Assembly: GCA_002418185.1 (NCBI GenBank)
Contig: DIDN01000022.1
Location: forward strand, 1-63,393
Reading direction: 5' to 3'
DNA: 63,393 nucleotides
From: Deltaproteobacteria bacterium UBA5799
GTDB lineage: Bacteria > Desulfobacterota > GWC2-55-46
Numbering within the stretch: the stretch's first letter is position 1; every line of letters begins with the position of its first letter. The position numbers were made by a program, and so were the translations under genes. Shown here in pieces: positions 34,059-43,286 of the stretch. The notes under the pieces were generated by a model. That model searched no databases, was not told where the DNA came from, and saw only the letters and a program-made list of their open reading frames with translations.

Positions 34059-37000
34059 TCAGGGGGCGGCGGGCAGCTCCCGGATGGTGAAAATAAAAGA
34101 CACGACGTTTCCATGCTCGTCTCTAAGCACGGTTGCCGTCAGGGAAACCTCGATGAGCTTGCCGTCCTTTGAGCGATGCCTGGTCCTGAAAGACCTTACC
34201 TCGGCGCCGTCGAGAAGGCGTTTCATCATCGCGTCATTTTCTTTGCGCTCAGGCTCGGAAATCAGGGCCGCCGCGTCCTTGCCTACGGCTTCGGATTCTG
34301 AGTATCCATAAATGCGTTCCGCTCCGATATTCCAGGAAAGTATTCTGCCATCCAGGTCCTGCGCGAATATCGCATCGTTGGAATCGTGCACGATGACTGA
34401 GATCTTATCCAACAGCATCCTTGTAAGGCTGAGTGAGTCCAGCTCGGCCTCGTGGCTGGTTTTAATTTCAGTTATGTCGACAAACAGCAATATGGCGCCC
34501 TCGACCCTTTCTTCGACAGTCTTATATGCGGTTATCTGCATGGAATACCAGCGCCCTTCCGAGCCCATGACCTCTTTTCTCTCCGGCAGGCCCGTACGGA
34601 TGACGTTCCGAATCAACTGTTCGAGGTCAGGGACCTCGACTTTGGGTTTGATATGGCCTATTGGACGCCCGGCATCGGATGGTATAAGGTTCAACACCTT
34701 TTCAGTAGCGGGCGTAAACCGCCGCATGTTCATTGACATATCCAGCATTACTATGGGAAGGTTCGCGCTTGAAAACAGGTTAAGCAGGTCGTTATTTACC
34801 TGCACGAGCTCGTTATTCCTGTTTTCAAGCTCTTCGTTTACGGTAGACAGCTCCTCGTTCGTGGACTGCAGTTCCTCCTTTGCCGTCTCAAGCTCCTCGT
34901 TGGTCGACTGGAGCTCCTCGTTGCTGGAAAGTATCTCCTCATTCGCGGACTTAAGCTCTTCATTGGTAGTCTCCCGCTCATCTATTACAGTCTGTAAATA
35001 CTCTCTTGTTGCAGTGAGCTCCCTTTTGACCTCCGTCAATTCGTCCTCTTCCCTGTGTGGCCGGTGCGCGCGCACGGCCTTTGCGGATTTACCGCGTTTC
35101 GCCGGCCTCGACTCCTGGAACAGAACGAGAAAATAACGCTCCCTGGTGCTTATCTGCTTGAGGGGGACGACCTCGATATCGACTTCTTTTGTCATATCGT
35201 CCTGCCTTACGCGGACCCCTTCCTTTCTGACGAGCTTGCCTTCCTTCTTTGATTTTTCGACTGCGGCGCGCAGGTCAAACAGGAGCCCCTCTTTGGCCAG
35301 CTTCAGCAAATTGAGGTCGGCCATCCCGGGTTTGTGCTCAATGTATGGACCAGTGCGCCCGTGGAACTGGAGTACCTGCAGGTCTTCATTGACGACGACC
35401 CCCGCAAGCCCGTAACGCTCGACGATTATGCGGTCTACGGCATATTTCAGGTCCTGCCCCACCCATGTCTCTTTACCCTGCTTTTTTTCAGCGGGTGGAG
35501 GCTCGCCGATTGCCGGCCTTTTGGAAAAATCGATCTCAGGCCTGACCCTGACGGTCTTCCTGGAGTAGATCTTGAATTTCCGGTCGACTACGGCAAAGAG
35601 ATCAGCCGAGCCGCCTATCGACTCGGAAGTGCCCAGCATCAGAAAGCCGTCCGGCTTGAGCCCGTAATGAAATATGCTCAAAATCTTTTTCTGAAGCTCT
35701 TGCTCGACATAAATAAGCAGGTTCCTGCAGCTGATGAGGTCAAGCCTTGAAAAGGGCGGGTCCTTGAACACATTCTGCCTGGCGAATACGCATAAATCGC
35801 GTATTGATTTATTTATGTGATAGCCTCCCTCGACTTTCAGGAAAAACCGCCTTAACCGCTCCGGGGAGACTTCGGCGGCGATATTCTCCTCGTAGACGCC
35901 TGCCCGCGCTTTCTCCAGGGCCCTTTCATCGATATCGGTTGCAAATATCTGGACAGCGGCCGGCCTGTCTCCAAGCGTCTCCGTAAGGCACATGGCTATA
36001 GAGTATGCCTCTTCTCCGGTTGCGCAACCGGGGACCCAGACCCTTATCGGGTCATCGGCTCTTCTGTTTTTCAAGACGGCTGAAAATACCTTTTCCTTCA
36101 GCGCCTGAAAGGATTCCGGGTCGCGGAAGAAGCTGGTGACGCTTATCAGGATATCCTGGTACAGGGCCTTGGACTCGGACGGGTTTTCGAGAAGGTAGCG
36201 AAGGTAATGCTCTATCCGCTCTATCTTATGGAGGACCATCCTGCGCTTTATCCGGCGTAGGATGGTCGTCTTCTTGTACTGCGAGAAATCGACCCCTGAA
36301 AAGTCCCGCAGCCTTATGAATATCTTGTCAAGAAGCGCAGCGTCGCTCATTGCCTCTATCGTCTTGCCTGCCGCGGCCAGCGGGTGCCTGCTTATCTTGT
36401 TCAGTTCGGCGGCTATGGATTCTGGCGGCAGGACAAGATCAACGCACCCTGTCTCAATGGCGCTTGACGGCATCGAGAAATATTTCGACGACTTCTCGTC
36501 CTGGGCTATAACGATGCCTCCCTCGGCCTTGATAACCCTTACCCCCCTGGCTCCGTCAGACGCCGAGCCAGAAAGGACTACGCCAATCGAATTGCCGCCC
36601 TGGTCTTCGGCAAGGGATGTAAAAAAATAATCTATGGGCATATGCTGCCCGCGGACCTTCTCGACAGGCACAAGATGGAGCCTGCCCCGCAAAATCGCCA
36701 TGCTCTTCCCGGGAGGAATTACATAAACATGGTTTGGCAATACCGGCGAATTATCCTCGGCTTCCATAACCGGCATGGCCGTCACCCTTCCGATCAGCTC
36801 CGGAAGCATGCTTGTATGCTTTGGGTCCAGGTGCTGGATAATGACGAACGCCATCCTGGTATTCGGCGACAGGGCGCTGAAGAGCTTGTTGAGGGCTTCC
36901 AGCCCTCCTGCAGACGCTCCGATGGCTACAACCGGGATTGAGGCGGCATTTGAACCGGTTTTTTCGGGACTTTTTGTTTCAGGTTGTGAGTTGTTTTTGA

Positions 37001-37151
37001 CGGCGGGTGGTTTCCGGGCTTTTGGCGGTAAAATGATACTGGATTTGCGACTGGTGGCTTGCGTATCAGCTTTTTTTCGGGCAGCCCTGACTGTTTTCCC
37101 GGACTTCCCTGTATGCTTCTTTGGAGGAGCCTTCTTTTTATTTTTCATCAA
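34059..37151 (-). CDS. CheB methylesterase - CheR methyltransferase - coiled coil - PAS fusion protein
   Basis: CheB: VVAIGASAGGLEAL..IIQHL. CheR: SFFRD, VWVPGCATGEEAYS, ATDID. Heptad run NEELQSTNEELETAKEELQSTNEEL. C-terminal PAS. Lys-rich 80-aa N-terminus. Confidence 0.88.
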   Translation of the reverse strand: MMKNKKKAPPKKHTGKSGKTVRAARKKADTQATSRKSSIILPPKARKPPAVKNNSQPETKSPEKTGSNAASIPVVAIGASAGGLEALNKLFSALSPNTRMAFVIIQHLDPKHTSMLPELIGRVTAMPVMEAEDNSPVLPNHVYVIPPGKSMAILRGRLHLVPVEKVRGQHMPIDYFFTSLAEDQGGNSIGVVLSGSASDGARGVRVIKAEGGIVIAQDEKSSKYFSMPSSAIETGCVDLVLPPESIAAELNKISRHPLAAAGKTIEAMSDAALLDKIFIRLRDFSGVDFSQYKKTTILRRIKRRMVLHKIERIEHYLRYLLENPSESKALYQDILISVTSFFRDPESFQALKEKVFSAVLKNRRADDPIRVWVPGCATGEEAYSIAMCLTETLGDRPAAVQIFATDIDERALEKARAGVYEENIAAEVSPERLRRFFLKVEGGYHINKSIRDLCVFARQNVFKDPPFSRLDLISCRNLLIYVEQELQKKILSIFHYGLKPDGFLMLGTSESIGGSADLFAVVDRKFKIYSRKTVRVRPEIDFSKRPAIGEPPPAEKKQGKETWVGQDLKYAVDRIIVERYGLAGVVVNEDLQVLQFHGRTGPYIEHKPGMADLNLLKLAKEGLLFDLRAAVEKSKKEGKLVRKEGVRVRQDDMTKEVDIEVVPLKQISTRERYFLVLFQESRPAKRGKSAKAVRAHRPHREEDELTEVKRELTATREYLQTVIDERETTNEELKSANEEILSSNEELQSTNEELETAKEELQSTNEELSTVNEELENRNNELVQVNNDLLNLFSSANLPIVMLDMSMNMRRFTPATEKVLNLIPSDAGRPIGHIKPKVEVPDLEQLIRNVIRTGLPERKEVMGSEGRWYSMQITAYKTVEERVEGAILLFVDITEIKTSHEAELDSLSLTRMLLDKISVIVHDSNDAIFAQDLDGRILSWNIGAERIYGYSESEAVGKDAAALISEPERKENDAMMKRLLDGAEVRSFRTRHRSKDGKLIEVSLTATVLRDEHGNVVSFIFTIRELPAAP

Positions 37152-37255
37152 AATCCCTTTTAGGCGGCCCCAGCGTATGCAAACAGGACAAATTTTAATT
37201 GAATATTTTCATATTATCTTGAAGAAACTACTCTCTGCAAGTTAAAAAATATATT

Positions 37256-39289
37256 TTATGCAGCCGGCTTACGCTGATGCCGTTCGGGTGCGGGCAGGAA
37301 TATATTGACGGTTGTTCCGGCGCCCGGGGTGGATTCTACCGTGATAACTCCTCCATGTTTCCTGATTATGGAATGGGCGATTGTAAGTCCGAGTCCACGG
37401 CCTTTTTCCTTTGTGGTAAAAAAGGGGTCGAATATTTTAGGCAAAAGCTCCCTGGCTATCCCGCTTCCGGTGTCCTTAATTGAGATCCTTTCATACCTGC
37501 CCCTTGCAAGCTGGTATTTCGAGCTTTCATCTGATTGTATGTTTTCGCATTCTATCCGGATTCTGCCCCCTTCCGGCATCGACTGGACGGCGTTCAAAAG
37601 CACATTGCGAAAGACCTGTCCGATCTGCTCCTCGTCAGCATCGACAAACCAGAGGTCCTCCGGAATTGAAATTTCGTATGTTACCGGAGTGTCGGATAGA
37701 ACAAAATCCGTGATCTCCCTCAGCATCCTGTCCAGGTATAAGGGCTCCTTGACGGGTCCCTTTCCGGAAGAAAATGTCATAAGCTGATGGGAGAGGTCCC
37801 GTGTCATATTTATGATCTTTTCAGCCTCGCGCAATCTCACCCGGGCGTCTCCGGGCGGAATCGAATCGACCGCAAGCTCGATATTCCCTTTTAGCAGATT
37901 CAGTAGCCTGTTGAATTCAGCTGCCAATCCTCTTGACAGGACGGTGACGGATTCGAGCTTCTGTATTTTCAAGAGTTCATCAGCAAACTTGCTCTGCTCT
38001 GTGACGTCTCGAAAAACCAGGACCATCCCTGCGACGCGGTTATCGTTGCTCCTGATCAATTCCATTTCGCCCGCGATGGTCTTTTCCTGTCCGTTTCTGG
38101 CTATGAGCATCAGTCTTTCGAACGCGCCGGCGTCTTCACTCATCTGCAAAAAGACTCTCGCCGGGTCGTCGTAGCGCATCCGGTCTCTTTCACGGACAAG
38201 GTTCATGATCTCAGACAAGTGCCTGCCTAGGACCTCTTCCCGCGGCCAACCCGTAATCCGTTCACCTTCCTTATTGATGAATGATACGCGACCTTCATTA
38301 TCCAGAGTTATCACGCCTTCCCCTATGCTTTGCAGGATCACGGAAAGGCGTTCCTTTTCCTCGGCGAGCGCAGCTTCTGCCTTTCTTCGCTCCGTGTCGT
38401 CGATCTCGACATGGATAAAATGCGTAACTTTTGCGCCAAAGACCCTGAGCGGGGCGATCGAGGCCAGCTGCCAGAAGGAGCTGCCGTCTTTTCTCGTGAT
38501 GCACATGTCTCCGCGCCACACATTGCCGGCGGCCACAACACTCCATATCTGATTATAGAATGCGTCGGAGTGCACGGGGCATTTCAGGATACTGATGTTC
38601 ATCCCGACGACCTCGCTATGCTCATATCCTGTAATTTCCATAAATCTGGGATTGGAATATTCGATACTGCCGTCTATCGCGCCTATGAGTACCATGCTGG
38701 GGCTCTGCTCGATGGCCAACGCCAACTCCTGGAGGCGCTGCTCGGTCTTCCTGCGTTCGGTGATGTCGATAAGGGCTGTCCTTATGACGCTTTTCCCCGT
38801 AGTTACGTCTTCTGCAGCCACGCTCTGCAATTCGGCGTGCACTCGCTCTCCGGTTCTTTTCAGAAGGGTTATTACGTCATATATCCTTCTCCTTGTTTCC
38901 CTGCAGCGCCGGAGATGTTCGTAGAATATTTTACCGTCGCTCTGCAGGACGAAATTTCTGAAAGGGAAGCCGACGATACGGCCGCGCTCCTGGCCAAGCA
39001 TGGCCGCACCGGCAAGGTTGATCTCAAGGACCGCTCCTCGTTCATCAAGTGTTGCGTACCCTGTGGGGGCGAAGTCATAAAGTTCAGCGTACCTGTCCCG
39101 TGCCTCCTCGATCTCAGCGCGGGACTCCCTGAGCTCTCGATTTTGCATCTCGAGCTCGACCTGATGGACCTGGAGCTCATGCAGAAGACGCCTGGGATCG
39201 CCTTCAGCCTCAATGCCTCTAAGTTTTTCCTGAAGGTCCTCCAGAAGCCTGATCAGGTCCTCCTTACTCTTTTTCCAATATTCTGGCAC
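37256..39289 (-). CDS. multi-PAS sensor kinase-like protein with degenerate H-box (no phospho-acceptor His at the expected position)
   Basis: LQVHQVELEMQNREL leader, three PAS-like modules. H-box region reads KLESVTVLSRGLAAEFNRLLNLL, where the paralogue has GIAHDFNNL. ATPase N, G1 and G2 boxes are intact (NVLLNAVQSM, DTGSGI, GRGLGL). Confidence 0.8.
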   Translation of the reverse strand: MPEYWKKSKEDLIRLLEDLQEKLRGIEAEGDPRRLLHELQVHQVELEMQNRELRESRAEIEEARDRYAELYDFAPTGYATLDERGAVLEINLAGAAMLGQERGRIVGFPFRNFVLQSDGKIFYEHLRRCRETRRRIYDVITLLKRTGERVHAELQSVAAEDVTTGKSVIRTALIDITERRKTEQRLQELALAIEQSPSMVLIGAIDGSIEYSNPRFMEITGYEHSEVVGMNISILKCPVHSDAFYNQIWSVVAAGNVWRGDMCITRKDGSSFWQLASIAPLRVFGAKVTHFIHVEIDDTERRKAEAALAEEKERLSVILQSIGEGVITLDNEGRVSFINKEGERITGWPREEVLGRHLSEIMNLVRERDRMRYDDPARVFLQMSEDAGAFERLMLIARNGQEKTIAGEMELIRSNDNRVAGMVLVFRDVTEQSKFADELLKIQKLESVTVLSRGLAAEFNRLLNLLKGNIELAVDSIPPGDARVRLREAEKIINMTRDLSHQLMTFSSGKGPVKEPLYLDRMLREITDFVLSDTPVTYEISIPEDLWFVDADEEQIGQVFRNVLLNAVQSMPEGGRIRIECENIQSDESSKYQLARGRYERISIKDTGSGIARELLPKIFDPFFTTKEKGRGLGLTIAHSIIRKHGGVITVESTPGAGTTVNIFLPAPERHQRKPAA

Positions 39290-39457
39290 TGGATAATCCC
39301 CTCCCTTTTTATAAGTATATCTCAGGAGTTTATCCTTTTAGTGGGGTATCAGAATGCGGCGGAATTTTTCGAGAATGATTAGAAAAATGATTGGCTGGCA
39401 GCAAAAAGGCGTCTTTTTGCGGTGAGTTGCGGGCTGGTTTAACCCCAACCCGGAGTG

Positions 39458-39912
39458 CTAAATCTGTCCATTTTTGGTTGAAAATTCGGCATGCGGCCAC
39501 TCCAGGGAAAGTAGCTCGTCCATCCTCATTCCGGTATTCAGGTCGAAAATCACTATCTCCTGAAGCCAGTAACGGGGAATCTGGACGTTCTCTCCTTGCC
39601 GGTCGCGTAAATCACGCAAGCGTCAATGAGCCTATTTTCATCTTCCAGAGTAAGCCACCTGTCGCGTTCGTTCCTGACCTTCTCCCTTGATACCTTCTCG
39701 ACAGGGTTTTCCTTTACCCACTCCCATTCGCGGATTGCCTTCTTGAAGGCATGGCACAGGACGCCGCGCTGCGAGTTTATCGCGGCTGCGGCCACCCCCT
39801 TTGCCCTCAAGTGGGCTTTGTAGGCCGATATGCGTCCATGGGTGACCTGCGTGCCCAATATAATAACCTCTTTCTGCAAACCGCACTGGCTTTTGCATCC
39901 GTTGATTAGCAT
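39458..39912 (-). pseudogene. tyrosine recombinase (phage integrase) remnant, frameshifted and 3'-truncated
   Basis: Frame a (39553-39912) encodes a SAM-like core-binding domain (ISAYKAHLRAKGVAAAAINSQRGVLCHAFKKAI..WLTLEDENRLIDAC). Another frame continues YWLQEIVIFDLNTGMRMDELLSLEWPHAEF (catalytic Arg box) and stops at 39458. The HxxR and Tyr regions are absent. Confidence 0.8.
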
Positions 39913-40019
39913 TGGATGGTTTAGAGCAGTGTCGTGCTTGGAGGTGAATTACAGGTTGACGTGATGATGAGAAGTTATAAGGTGAAGGGAGCAGCCTGCC
40001 TTTTGCGAGTCAATCATAT

Positions 40020-40403
40020 TCATCCCTTTTCGTACTTCTCCATGTCTTCCTCGCTCAGGCCGAAGTAATGGCCTATCTCGTGGAGGACGGTCAGGCGTAT
40101 CTCTTCGAGGAGATCCTCTTTCGTGAAACAGGCGGACTCTATATTCCGCTTATAGAGCACAATCCTTTCTGGAAGCTGGCCTGTTGCGCCGCCGCACCAC
40201 TCCTGCTCAAAACGGGATATGCCGTGAAAGAGCCCGAAGAGTCCTTCGCGCGGGACCCCGGCGCTCTCAGCGTCATCTTCGGACGGGTAGTCCTCAACGA
40301 CCACGACGACGTTAGCCATGCGATTCCTGAACTCGTCGGGGAGGCTGTCCAGCACGTGAGCTGCCATTGCCCTGAAGTCCGCTTCTTTTACGATGTAAGC
40401 CAT
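40020..40403 (-). CDS. zincin-like minimal metallopeptidase (DUF1025/Zincin_1 family)
   Basis: HEIGHYFGLSEEDM motif near the C-terminus. The MAYIVKE start fits the family; the ORF extends to 40439. Confidence 0.75.
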   Translation of the reverse strand: MAYIVKEADFRAMAAHVLDSLPDEFRNRMANVVVVVEDYPSEDDAESAGVPREGLFGLFHGISRFEQEWCGGATGQLPERIVLYKRNIESACFTKEDLLEEIRLTVLHEIGHYFGLSEEDMEKYEKG

Positions 40404-40574
40404 ACCCTTAACTTTATTATTCTTCAAAGCGGAATTCAAGCGCCCTCTTCAGCCTTTCAAAGCTTATAATATAATCGGAGGCAGGTGCCCTCTGAAAACC
40501 GTCGGTGAAGGAAAGTGTGAGGATTTGAGGGAAATCAACGCTGCTTGATTTACGTATTGTTAGACAGACCCATG

Positions 40575-41714
40575 CTACCCTGCTTTTCCCTGCTCCGAGT
40601 GTTCCTTTTCAGTCTCGATTTGCGAGCACGATGATTTCACCTTCTCCCAGTCAGTTTCCGGCAGAAGCGGCTCGAATTTCTCAGTTGCGGGCCTCGTCTC
40701 AAGGTGCGCCTTCAGGCTCTCGATCCTCGCCAGTGTCGAAGGGTGCGTCGAGAGATAACTCAACAGTGTTTCCGCCCTGCTCTTTTTCTTTTTGCATTCG
40801 CATTCCCACAGGCGTTCGAAAAAAGTTATCAGGCCTTGCGGGTCTGTTCCCGACTCGACGAGAAGGTCGGCCCCGAGGCGGTCGGCCTCGTCCTCGAACT
40901 CTCTACTGTAGCTAAGGCTACCCAGGGTGCCTGCCGCGCTCGAGATGCCGTTGAAGTCTCCGAAGGCCGCCGCAAGAAGGAGCCCGGTCGAAAGCTCCCG
41001 GAGCATGCTCTGCGTCGAGTGCTTCAGGAGGATGTGCTGCATCTCGTGCGCCATCACACCTGCGAGCTCTTCTGGCGTTTCCATTGATTCGATAAGGCCG
41101 GAAAAGAGGACTATGTGGCCGCCGGGCGCCGCGAGGGCGTTAACCGCCGGGCTTTCCAGGGCATATACCCTGAACTCGTACGGGTGCCCGGGCGCAGCCG
41201 CCTCAAGCCGCTTGAGTATCGTTTCCGCAGCTTCCGCCAGCTCAGGTGATTCGCACTGCGGGACGGCGTCCGTAATGCCCTTTATCATGGACTGGCCAAG
41301 CCTGTCCTCGACCGATGGCGGGACCTTTTGCGCCGCGTACGCGGTGGATTTCGGAATGGCCCAGAAGTATACGCCTGCCACGATCAGCGCGGTAAGGGCA
41401 AGCGCCGCGGGTATTATGAAGAGGGTTTTCCGCGTCCTCTCAGGCCCGGCGAACCTCTTCCGGTGCCCGGGCGCGACCTCGCAGAGGCACCTGATGAACT
41501 CGGGGTCGTCTACGACTATGGCCTCGCGCCCCCGCTCGAGCCTGACCGGCTCTCCCTTATTGAAGCCCTGCGTCTGCCCGGTCTCGCTAAGGGGCCATGT
41601 TGCCGCGAAGCCTTCACCCTTTACGGACAGGCTCTCGGGCGAGACCGTTAGCTCGACCTCGTGCCTTTCGGCGGTCTTGCCGTCATAGTAATGCGCTTTC
41701 CAGAAGAGCTTCAT
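40575..41714 (-). CDS. M48-family zinc metallopeptidase with N-terminal non-catalytic domain and TM segment
   Basis: HEMQHI (HEXXH) with downstream EFEDEADRLG. Hydrophobic segment LFIIPAALALTALIVAGVYFW. Confidence 0.82.
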   Translation of the reverse strand: MKLFWKAHYYDGKTAERHEVELTVSPESLSVKGEGFAATWPLSETGQTQGFNKGEPVRLERGREAIVVDDPEFIRCLCEVAPGHRKRFAGPERTRKTLFIIPAALALTALIVAGVYFWAIPKSTAYAAQKVPPSVEDRLGQSMIKGITDAVPQCESPELAEAAETILKRLEAAAPGHPYEFRVYALESPAVNALAAPGGHIVLFSGLIESMETPEELAGVMAHEMQHILLKHSTQSMLRELSTGLLLAAAFGDFNGISSAAGTLGSLSYSREFEDEADRLGADLLVESGTDPQGLITFFERLWECECKKKKSRAETLLSYLSTHPSTLARIESLKAHLETRPATEKFEPLLPETDWEKVKSSCSQIETEKEHSEQGKAG

Positions 41715-41722
41715 TTATCCGC

Positions 41723-42901
41723 TTACATGGCAACATCGATGTCGAGGACGCCTGCAAGCCCTTCGCCGACCGCCTTTGCGCTCTGGGGCGCGTGCGCGAT
41801 CCCGGCGAAGTCGATCTCGCCCTTCATTGCCATGTGCCTGGAAAAGTAATTGATGCCGCGGACTACGACCCAGGGATACGCGAGGCCGAATGAGAGAAAG
41901 AGCAGAAGCATATTCCCGGCCAAAAAGGAAAAGAGCTGCCTGCCGGTCGCGTCGAAGCTGAAGCGAAGGCTGCCGAAATTCGTGTGCTGCCAGTCATAGC
42001 GGGCGACCTTGGCCGAGTACCATAGCCAGCAGAGGCCGAGGGTCGGTATGGTAAGGAGCCAGGCTTTGAGGAAGTCCTTTCTTATGTCACCGGCTTTGCC
42101 GTCATAGCTGAAGGAGCCGGTCCCGAAGTTGCTGTTTCCGCGCCAGAACCTCTCTTTCTCCGCATGGAAATACGGCCCGTAAAGGCCGAGCGTGACGAGC
42201 GAAAGGAGCGTGCCTTTGATATGTATCTTCATGAACTCCTTCGCGGTGCCGGAGAATGAAAAACTCGCGCCGTGCCAGTGGGTGCGGCTGAGCTTATACC
42301 TCCAGGCCCCGACCAAAACGGCCGGGAGCAACGCGAACATTATCGGGATTATGAGCAGTCCGAAGGCCGGGTGCACGAATGACGCGAGCGCGTTGGGTAC
42401 GCTCAAGACCACGGCGATTATAAGCATCGCCTTGAGCCAGCCTAAGAAAAGCTCCTTCCCGGTGCCGGAGAAGCTAAGCCTCTCGCCGAAGATTTCGGTT
42501 GAGCCGTACAGGTATTTTCTGATCTTTACCTTGCCCCAGAAGTGGTAGACGCCCAGGGTAAGGACAGAAAGGAGATTACTTACGACATAAAGCCGGAGCA
42601 GGGTAAGGCTTTTTCCGTGGAAGGAGACCTTCTGCGCAGGTGCCGGCTGCCTGGGTTTCGCGCCGGGGAGCGGAATTACCTTTGCACCCGGGGCCTGTAC
42701 GGCCGTTCCCTTCCCTGCCGCGTTCTCTTTCATTGCATTGGCTTCGAGAGGGACCGTGCGCTCCTCCTTCTTTTCCGGTTCGGGCTTGGAGATGTGGAAC
42801 TTGTGGCTGCATTTCGGGCAGGTCGCAGTGGTCGTCTGGAATTTCAGCGTCTGAGGGTCGATGTCCTTTTCAAATCGGCACTCCGGGCATGATATGCGCA
42901 A
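41723..42901 (-). CDS. N-terminal zinc-ribbon + YjgN/DUF898-family multi-pass membrane protein
   Basis: CPECRF...CPKCSHKF ribbon, then ~8 hydrophobic segments with duplicated F.G.G.ELF/W...L architecture typical of DUF898. 8-nt gap to the M48 gene. Confidence 0.7.
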   Translation of the reverse strand: MRISCPECRFEKDIDPQTLKFQTTTATCPKCSHKFHISKPEPEKKEERTVPLEANAMKENAAGKGTAVQAPGAKVIPLPGAKPRQPAPAQKVSFHGKSLTLLRLYVVSNLLSVLTLGVYHFWGKVKIRKYLYGSTEIFGERLSFSGTGKELFLGWLKAMLIIAVVLSVPNALASFVHPAFGLLIIPIMFALLPAVLVGAWRYKLSRTHWHGASFSFSGTAKEFMKIHIKGTLLSLVTLGLYGPYFHAEKERFWRGNSNFGTGSFSYDGKAGDIRKDFLKAWLLTIPTLGLCWLWYSAKVARYDWQHTNFGSLRFSFDATGRQLFSFLAGNMLLLFLSFGLAYPWVVVRGINYFSRHMAMKGEIDFAGIAHAPQSAKAVGEGLAGVLDIDVAM

Positions 42902-43208
42902 GGCAGGCCTCCTTTGATGAAATAGTCTTCAACTATTTCATATCGCCTGCCGGTAAATAAACTTTATTTATTTTTAAACGGGGAGTGTTTTGTTTAAGGA
43001 ACGGAAAACTTGTAAAAAGGACTTTAAGGGCTATCGGTGGGTTTTGACAGAATAGGGTGGGTAGATACAGAGCAGTGGATGAGAGAGGAGGCGCGATGAG
43101 GAAACGGAAATGGTGGGCGGAGGCCACCCTACGAGGCTTCAATCCTCAACTGGCTTCATTTTAGGCTTGACCGGCAAAACGGTATCTACCCGGCTGAGAT
43201 ATTTAAAA

Positions 43209-43240
43209 GCAAAAACCCCTCCCAAACTGCAGGAGGGGTT
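43209..43240 (-). terminator. rho-independent terminator of the AT-rich two-gene module
   Basis: Minus strand reads CCCCTCC-tgcagtttg-GGAGGGG followed by TTTTT, ~50 nt after the stop at 43287. An adjacent tandem aggaggggttag x2 lies at 43231-43255. Confidence 0.65.
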
Positions 43241-43286
43241 AGCAGGAGGGGTTAGAAGGAGACGAGCCACCTCTTTGGAATTTTTA

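Noticed and set aside
26699-40019. Direct repeat of the tRNA-Asn 3' end that would mark attR of the island.
   Set aside because: I found no copy of ggttcgaatccctccctggga, or a substantial part of it, by eye. This needs a BLASTN check, so the island boundaries are left approximate.
43111-43150. Possible duplicated tRNA-Ser 3' end (att remnant): tggtgggcggagg...cttcaatcctc.
   Set aside because: It shares only ~8 nt (cctccgcc) with the tRNA-Ser acceptor end. The T-loop-like part is non-canonical and the spacing does not fit a tRNA 3' half.
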